A DNA stretch of 64,000 nt, taken from positions 11,250 through 75,249 of the forward strand of contig JACVCJ010000003.1 in assembly GCA_016742095.1 (NCBI GenBank), in the 5' to 3' direction. Positions 58,330-64,000 of this stretch are shown piece by piece; the stretch's first letter is position 1; each line of letters starts with the position of its first letter. The translations under genes and the position numbers were made by a program. The notes under the pieces are model-generated. The model saw only the letters and a program-made list of their open reading frames with translations, did no database searches and had not been told where the DNA came from. The DNA is from Bacteroidia bacterium. Its GTDB lineage: Bacteria; Bacteroidota; Bacteroidia; CAIKAF01.

Positions 58330-58668
58330 TTACTCTATTTTCATTTCGCGGATGAGCCCGTTCTCCGGGTCGAGTGTGATATGGAACACAAAAACCTGCG
58401 GACTGCCCGGAAAATTACCGCTGGCCTCCACCTGCATCCGGAACCGGTCTCCTTCCCCGGACACACCGAGCAGCTTGTTCGCTATACTCAGTTTACGGTC
58501 AAAGTCACGTTTCCAGTCCCGTATCGCTTCCCATCCCCGGTAGGTCTTTCCCTCATCGTGGTACAGGGCATCTTCCGTAAAAACAGAAACGAAGCGCTCC
58601 GCATCCTTTGCGTCCGAAGCCGCCAGGTATTGTCCGATGGCCTGCGGAATGTTCTTCTCATTTAGCAT
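58330..58668 (-). CDS. SnoaL/NTF2-like protein
   Basis: FTEDALYHDEG..YRG..AI..W, SGNFPGSP. Confidence 0.85.
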   Translation of the reverse strand: MLNEKNIPQAIGQYLAASDAKDAERFVSVFTEDALYHDEGKTYRGWEAIRDWKRDFDRKLSIANKLLGVSGEGDRFRMQVEASGNFPGSPQVFVFHITLDPENGLIREMKIE

Positions 58669-58697
58669 ATATATCAAAAATTTAGTATATTAATTAT

Positions 58698-59477
58698 TCA
58701 TATTGTAGGTAGGGTGCCTCCGTCGATCACGTATTCCGTTCCGGTGAGATAGCTCGCGCGCGGTGAGGCCAGGAAGTTCACAAACTCGGCCACTTCTGAT
58801 GGTTCAGCCGGTCGCCCGAAGGGAATACCGCCCAGGGACTGCATTACCTGTTCCGTAGCTTCTGCAATGCTCTTCCCGGTGCGGTCCGCTATTTCCTGCA
58901 GCATGCCCAGGGCGCCTTCTGTCCGTATCCAGCCCGGCGAAACGCAGAGTACACGTATTCCCTGCGGAGAAACCTCGTTGGAAAGGCCTTTGCTGTAATT
59001 GATGAGTGCGGCTTTAGCGGCGGCATAAGGCAGTGTGGAGTCGTGCAGGGGAAGCCGGCCCTGTATCGATGCTACGTGAATGATAACACCGGAACCCCGC
59101 TCCAGCATGCCCGGCAGAAAAGCCCGGTCGAGACGCACGGGTGCCAGCAGGTTCGTGTGTAGTGTGCTTTCCCAGTCGGCATCGCTCAGCACGGCAAAGC
59201 CGCCTCCCGGAGTGGAAGAAGCGCCCAGGTTATTGATGAGTATATCCGGCGGCGCACCGAAACGTTGCAGGAATGCGGCTGCCGCTTTCTGTGTGCCCTG
59301 CGGGGTACCCAGGTCGGCGGAGACAAAATGCATGCCTTCCGGCAGAAGCTCCGGCGCATTCCGCGCACTGATCATCACCTGTGCGCCCGATCCCAGGAGT
59401 TTTTCCGCAATGGCCCGGCCTGTTCCTCTGCTGCCTCCGCTCACAAAGGCCGTCTTCCCTTCCAGTTCTTTTTTCAT
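58698..59477 (-). CDS. Short-chain dehydrogenase/reductase
   Basis: SGGSRGTG, INNLG, YAAAK, SPGWI, IDGG. Confidence 0.93.
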   Translation of the reverse strand: MKKELEGKTAFVSGGSRGTGRAIAEKLLGSGAQVMISARNAPELLPEGMHFVSADLGTPQGTQKAAAAFLQRFGAPPDILINNLGASSTPGGGFAVLSDADWESTLHTNLLAPVRLDRAFLPGMLERGSGVIIHVASIQGRLPLHDSTLPYAAAKAALINYSKGLSNEVSPQGIRVLCVSPGWIRTEGALGMLQEIADRTGKSIAEATEQVMQSLGGIPFGRPAEPSEVAEFVNFLASPRASYLTGTEYVIDGGTLPTI

Positions 59478-59551
59478 CACAATGCGTTGTTTTACGCAAC
59501 AAAGGTAGAGCGGCCTCCCGACCGGCACAAGTAGGGGAAAACGAATACCAC

Positions 59552-59569
59552 AGGGATAAATTTTTCCCT
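59552..59569. promoter_or_regulatory. Candidate operator between divergent SDR and HxlR genes
   Basis: AGGGATAAATTTTTCCCT near-perfect palindrome. Confidence 0.45.
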
Positions 59570-59605
59570 ATTGCGGGTATCTGCACATAGGCATACCTTT
59601 GTACC

Positions 59606-59965
59606 ATGTATGCACGTAAAATTCCCCCGCAGCTGAACTGCGGACTGGACCTGGTAGCCGAGGTACTGTACGGCAAATGGAAGATCCGCCTGTTGTGGTT
59701 CATTCACGAAGGACACCGCAGGCCCGGCGAGCTGCAGCGTAAAATTCCGGATGCCTCGCGCCGGGTACTGCACATGCAGCTGAAGGAACTGGAAGAGCAT
59801 GAACTGCTGCGAAAGGAAATTTTTGCAGAAGTGCCCCTGCATGTAGAATATCACCTGACGGAATTCGGGCAGACCCTGATCCCGCTCATCGCAGGTATCG
59901 GCAACTGGGGCGATGCGCATTCGGAACAACTGCGCAGGGTGATCGGGAAGCGCATTCCGGGATAG
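59606..59965 (+). CDS. HxlR-family winged-helix regulator
   Basis: CG...GKWK..LL, QLKELE, EVPLHVEYHLTEFG. Confidence 0.92.
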   Translation: MYARKIPPQLNCGLDLVAEVLYGKWKIRLLWFIHEGHRRPGELQRKIPDASRRVLHMQLKELEEHELLRKEIFAEVPLHVEYHLTEFGQTLIPLIAGIGNWGDAHSEQLRRVIGKRIPG

Positions 59966-60158
59966 ACATCAGTGTCCATTTTTTTCAGAAATTCCCCTTC
60001 AGGGTAAACACTATTGTAAAATTTTGCAAACCGGCAGAAAGATCAGTCCCTCTCCCTCTGAAATTCATCGTCCGGCAGGCCCTGTTCATCCAAAAAACGG
60101 CACTTTTCTTTCGCAGACGGGCCATTTGCGTATCTTTAACCCGTTAAAAATCCAAAGC

Positions 60159-61289
60159 ATGAGAGCAATCTTTTTGAGTGTTGTGTTTTTCGCAACGGTG
60201 TTTTCCGTTACGGCACAGAAAAATCTGCAAAACGCCGTTGGCGACGTACGTGTTGTGAAAAACAATGCGGCCAGCCCGGTAAAGAACCAGGGCAATACAG
60301 GCACCTGCTGGTGTTTTGCCACTACTTCGCTCATCGAGAGTCAGTGCATGCTTGCCGGTACGGCACAGCCCGATCTTTCGGAAATGTTCACCGTGCGTAA
60401 CATTTACCTGGTAAAAGCCCGCAATTACCTGCTGCGCCAGGGTGATGCCCGTTTCAGCGAGGGCGGACTGGGCCACGACGTACTGTATGCCGCGCAGGTG
60501 TACGGACTCATGCCCGAATCGGCCTACAGCGGTATGAATCCCGGCAAAAAAGCCTTCGATCACTCTAAAATGGCCCCCGAACTGCAGGCCTACCTGGACA
60601 GCCTGCTGAAGAAACGCCCGCTGGCTGCCGGCTGGGAAACGGGATTCAACACCATTATGGATAAGCACATGGGCCCCGTCCCCGCTACCTTTACGTACGA
60701 AGGAAAGGAATACAGCGCCCAGAGCTTTGCCCGCGAAGTGGTGCGTTATAACCCGAACGATTATGTAAGCATCACGTCCTTTTCGCACCATCCCTTCTAT
60801 ACTTCTTTTGTACTGGAAGTGCCCGATAACCACAGCAACGGCAGTTTTTACAACGTACCGCTGAACGAACTGATCGGCATAACGAAAAGTGCACTGGACA
60901 AGGGATACACTGTAATGTGGGATGCCGACGTAAGCAATGCCGGCTGGGTATCGAAAAGCGGTTATGCCTTTGCACCGGCCGATTCCATTGCCGACCGCAA
61001 GAACCCGAACCCCGACATGAAAGAAAAGGACGTGACACAGGAATACCGCCAGCAGCTGTTCGAAAGCCTGGTAACGCAGGACGATCACCTGATGCACATT
61101 ACCGGAACCGGCGTAAGCGACCAGGGCAAGAGCTTCTTTATCGTAAAGAATTCCTGGGGCGATAAATCGTCAAAATTCGACGGTTACGTATATGTATCCG
61201 AGCCGTATTTTGCACTGAACACCATCAATGTAATTGTGCCGAAGGCCATACTGAGCCCGGAACTGAAGCACAAATTACATATTCATTAA
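60159..61289 (+). CDS. C1-family cysteine aminopeptidase (PepC/bleomycin hydrolase-like)
   Basis: Signal peptide, NQGNTGTCWCF, DDHLMHITG, VKNSWG. Confidence 0.92.
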   Translation: MRAIFLSVVFFATVFSVTAQKNLQNAVGDVRVVKNNAASPVKNQGNTGTCWCFATTSLIESQCMLAGTAQPDLSEMFTVRNIYLVKARNYLLRQGDARFSEGGLGHDVLYAAQVYGLMPESAYSGMNPGKKAFDHSKMAPELQAYLDSLLKKRPLAAGWETGFNTIMDKHMGPVPATFTYEGKEYSAQSFAREVVRYNPNDYVSITSFSHHPFYTSFVLEVPDNHSNGSFYNVPLNELIGITKSALDKGYTVMWDADVSNAGWVSKSGYAFAPADSIADRKNPNPDMKEKDVTQEYRQQLFESLVTQDDHLMHITGTGVSDQGKSFFIVKNSWGDKSSKFDGYVYVSEPYFALNTINVIVPKAILSPELKHKLHIH

Positions 61290-61390
61290 GATCATCCGGA
61301 AGCGGGAACAGAACCGGGTACGGCATCGTTCCAAATAATAACACGCCACATCTTGCCTCTGTGCGAAAAATTGCGCATATTTGAGTCAGG

Positions 61391-62227
61391 ATGAAAACAA
61401 GAAATCTTTTACTGTTTTTTTCCCTCTTCACCCTGCTTACGGCAAGTTCCTCCGCACAACGCTACGATCGTAAGAACCAGTTTATGATCGGGCTGAAAGG
61501 CGGCGTTAATTTTACCGATCCGCTCATCAGCCAGCGTTATTCGGTCTTTGCTCCCGGCGTAAGCTCCAAACACGGCGGCGAGGCCAAGATCTACGAAAAG
61601 TTCATGAAAAACATGGGTTACGGCGGCGGTGTGGCCATCAGCTATGGCATTACCCGGAACCTGACCCTTACCCTCGAAGGCCTGTTTTACCAGTACCGGC
61701 TTTCGTATACCAATAACTACGCCTGGACAGACGTGCAGAGCGGTTCTTCGGTGACCCTGGACCGCACCTATTACAAAAGGCTCAACTATTTCGAAATTCC
61801 GCTCATGTTCCGTTACGATATCCTGGCACGCCGCGTATCCCCTTTTATACAGGCGGGCGTTTCACCGGCCTTTGTACATTCGGTGCAGGCCAGTAACCGT
61901 TCGCAGATGCAGTCTTCGGTACTGCCGTCTGAGCTGGAAGAACAAAGCGCCGCTACCGATGAAAAAGGCAGTTACAACCAGTTTTACCTGAGCGCCGTAG
62001 GCGGTGCCGGACTCAGTTTCTATGCCGGGAAGACCATGTTCCTGCTGGGCGCCAACGGCCGCTATTCCATACTGCAGCCCACCTCGGACCTGCATCGTTT
62101 TTCGAACGGCAGCGCTTCCGGCAACCTGGACGTACAGGATAAATACCGTATACTGAACCTGGAACTCTATCTCACGGTCATGTTCCCCATCGGCGGCAAA
62201 TGTGCCGGAATGCCCAAATTCTTTTAA
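61391..62227 (+). CDS. Outer-membrane beta-barrel (porin family) protein
   Basis: GLKGGVNF, LNYFEIPLMFRY, amphipathic strands. Confidence 0.78.
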   Translation: MKTRNLLLFFSLFTLLTASSSAQRYDRKNQFMIGLKGGVNFTDPLISQRYSVFAPGVSSKHGGEAKIYEKFMKNMGYGGGVAISYGITRNLTLTLEGLFYQYRLSYTNNYAWTDVQSGSSVTLDRTYYKRLNYFEIPLMFRYDILARRVSPFIQAGVSPAFVHSVQASNRSQMQSSVLPSELEEQSAATDEKGSYNQFYLSAVGGAGLSFYAGKTMFLLGANGRYSILQPTSDLHRFSNGSASGNLDVQDKYRILNLELYLTVMFPIGGKCAGMPKFF

Positions 62228-62259
62228 GCTGTGGATGCATATACTAAAACAGAGTACGC

Positions 62260-63459
62260 ATGAAAAAATACATATACCTCTTTTTATTTCCCTCGCTCTG
62301 TCTGCTGGCTTCCTGTCGCAAGGATAAGCTGCCCAAAAACATGGAGCCGGGTTATTTCAAGGTGTACGACGACCAGGCTTCCGCAAACCGGTACCGGGTG
62401 CTGGACGTACGCGAGACCGGCGACGGCGGGGCGCTGATCCTGTCGGAACTGAACGACAAGACCATTCACCTGGTACGTGCGGCCGCCGATGGCAAACAAA
62501 TGGCTGCGGCCACCATCAGCAACGGTTCGCACAATCCGCTGGGTTCCCTGCTCTTTATAAACGGAGCCTATTACGTGGGCGCCATGGATGAGACCGGCCT
62601 GTTTGCGCGCATCATACGTGTAGACGAAAATTACTGTTCGGCCATATCCTCTACCGATCTTAACGGCTTACTGTATCCCCTGGCCTTTTCGGAGATCGAG
62701 GAAGGCAGTATCTTGCTCCTGAGTTACGACCGCACCAATTACCGTTCACAACTGTCGCGCGTTACGCCTGACGGACAGGTGATCTGGACACAGAACGCCA
62801 ATGTGAACCAGGATACCGAGACCCAGATCGTAGCGCACCTGAACGGCACCGGTAAACGCTATCCCTTTTACACGGCCACCTGGAACGGTAAATACGTGGC
62901 CAACTGCTTCTATAATTACAGCTTTTCCTTCCTGACCTTCAGCGCGTCGGCACAGGATGCCATTTACAACGGCAGTAATTACAACTCGGGAACTTCGGCC
63001 ATGTATGCCCTGGAGAACGGAAATGCCGCCATTGCCCGTTTTTCCTTTGGACAATCGTACCTGCAGCCTTCCTTTGCGCCGGCTTCGGGCGTGGCAGACC
63101 TTACCGACAATATGGGCGGGGCCCTGATCGACGATGCCGCAGCGGATTCGGATTTCCGTTTCGGGAAGATCGTGATCGACAAAACAAACTATATCGCTTA
63201 TGCCTACAATACCCAGAACGGGCGTGTATGTCTTTCCCTGCTGGATGAAAGCGGCACCCTGAAGGCCCGCCGGTATTTCGGCAGCGGCGAAAACCCGTTC
63301 CGTATCGGTAATTTCCGGGCTACGGCCGATAAAGGTCTGATGGTGGCCGGCAGTTTCCGGGTAGCCGGCAGCTTTGCACGACCTGCCCTGTTCAAGCTGA
63401 ACGAAAAAGAACTCTACGAAGTCGTGGGCCTCGATTACGAAAAGGCCCAGAAGGAATAA
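62260..63459 (+). CDS. Beta-rich lipoprotein, possible propeller
   Basis: Lipobox LASC, ETGDGGALIL and ATADKGLMVAG blade-like motifs. Confidence 0.7.
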   Translation: MKKYIYLFLFPSLCLLASCRKDKLPKNMEPGYFKVYDDQASANRYRVLDVRETGDGGALILSELNDKTIHLVRAAADGKQMAAATISNGSHNPLGSLLFINGAYYVGAMDETGLFARIIRVDENYCSAISSTDLNGLLYPLAFSEIEEGSILLLSYDRTNYRSQLSRVTPDGQVIWTQNANVNQDTETQIVAHLNGTGKRYPFYTATWNGKYVANCFYNYSFSFLTFSASAQDAIYNGSNYNSGTSAMYALENGNAAIARFSFGQSYLQPSFAPASGVADLTDNMGGALIDDAAADSDFRFGKIVIDKTNYIAYAYNTQNGRVCLSLLDESGTLKARRYFGSGENPFRIGNFRATADKGLMVAGSFRVAGSFARPALFKLNEKELYEVVGLDYEKAQKE

Positions 63460-63471
63460 TTCCTGTTACGT

Positions 63472-64000
63472 TTAACGAACGACCACAAATTTGGTCATGG
63501 TCCGGTTGCGCCGGGTCGATCCCTGTATGACCAGGTAATACAGGCCGGGCGCCCAGGACGAAGCGTCGATATCGAGCGTTTTATTGCCCGGTGTCTGGTA
63601 GGCCAGTGAACGCTGTATAACGGCTGTACCGCCTTCGGAGTAGACCGTGAACGTATAGTTATCACTTTCGGTCAGCTTGTAGCGCACTACAGCCAAACCC
63701 GAAGAGGGATTCGGACTTACCGACATGCCGGGGCTGTCTTTCTGCGCTTCTTCGTTGCCCACCCATTTACAGTCGATGATGTCCAGGCGGGAGTCCACCC
63801 ATTCGGTAAAAGCCACGTGCTGCAAGGCCGATACGTCGGCACCGAGCCAGTCCATCACCAGGGCCGTCATTACCTGCCGGTAGTCGATCTGCATCGGCAG
63901 GTTGCCCCCCTGCAGGTCGGCCGCTGAAGGATTGGTGCCAAATACGCCTCCTTTTACACAGTTACCGAATACAAAAAGCGGGGCGGCATCGCCGTGGTCG
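63472..64000 (-). CDS. DUF1501 protein with T9SS sorting domain (5' end outside window)
   Basis: DHGDAAPLFVFG..VKGG..G, IDYRQV...L..DWLG; CTD SPNPS...WAPGLYYL...KFVVVR. Confidence 0.85.
   Translation of the reverse strand, partial: DHGDAAPLFVFGNCVKGGVFGTNPSAADLQGGNLPMQIDYRQVMTALVMDWLGADVSALQHVAFTEWVDSRLDIIDCKWVGNEEAQKDSPGMSVSPNPSSGLAVVRYKLTESDNYTFTVYSEGGTAVIQRSLAYQTPGNKTLDIDASSWAPGLYYLVIQGSTRRNRTMTKFVVVR

Overview
A 64-kb chromosomal segment from a Bacteroidota genome (gldH, T9SS C-terminal sorting domains, TAnnTTTG promoters; fairly GC-rich coding DNA). Housekeeping blocks: ricT-gldH-PBP1A-scoA, accB-accC-fabD, a Wbp-type nucleotide-sugar cluster with rfbB, an ECF sigma/anti-sigma/beta-barrel triad, kbl, ABC-F, PfkB and tRNA-Asn. 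Accessory or unusual parts: (1) a cobalamin-riboswitch operon with a BtuB-like receptor, a BtuG-like lipoprotein and two putative B12-binding proteins carrying T9SS sorting domains rather than lipoboxes; (2) two tandem DUF4157 (eCIS-associated) proteins, each with a TM helix and a C-terminal Cys-His-Asp transglutaminase/papain-like domain, near a HipA-like kinase-DUF3037 pair and a Panacea-like/DUF488 fusion; (3) two paralogous six-cysteine lipoproteins plus an exported thioredoxin-like protein next to tRNA-Asn; (4) two 16-aa-repeat beta-flower-like proteins; (5) a membrane-anchored protein that looks like one very long beta-hairpin; (6) a stand-alone promoter-terminator mini-transcript, a duplicated palindromic intergenic element and candidate operators and leader peptides. 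No CRISPR array, transposase, integrase or rRNA was seen. All family assignments come from motif recognition by eye, not database searches.
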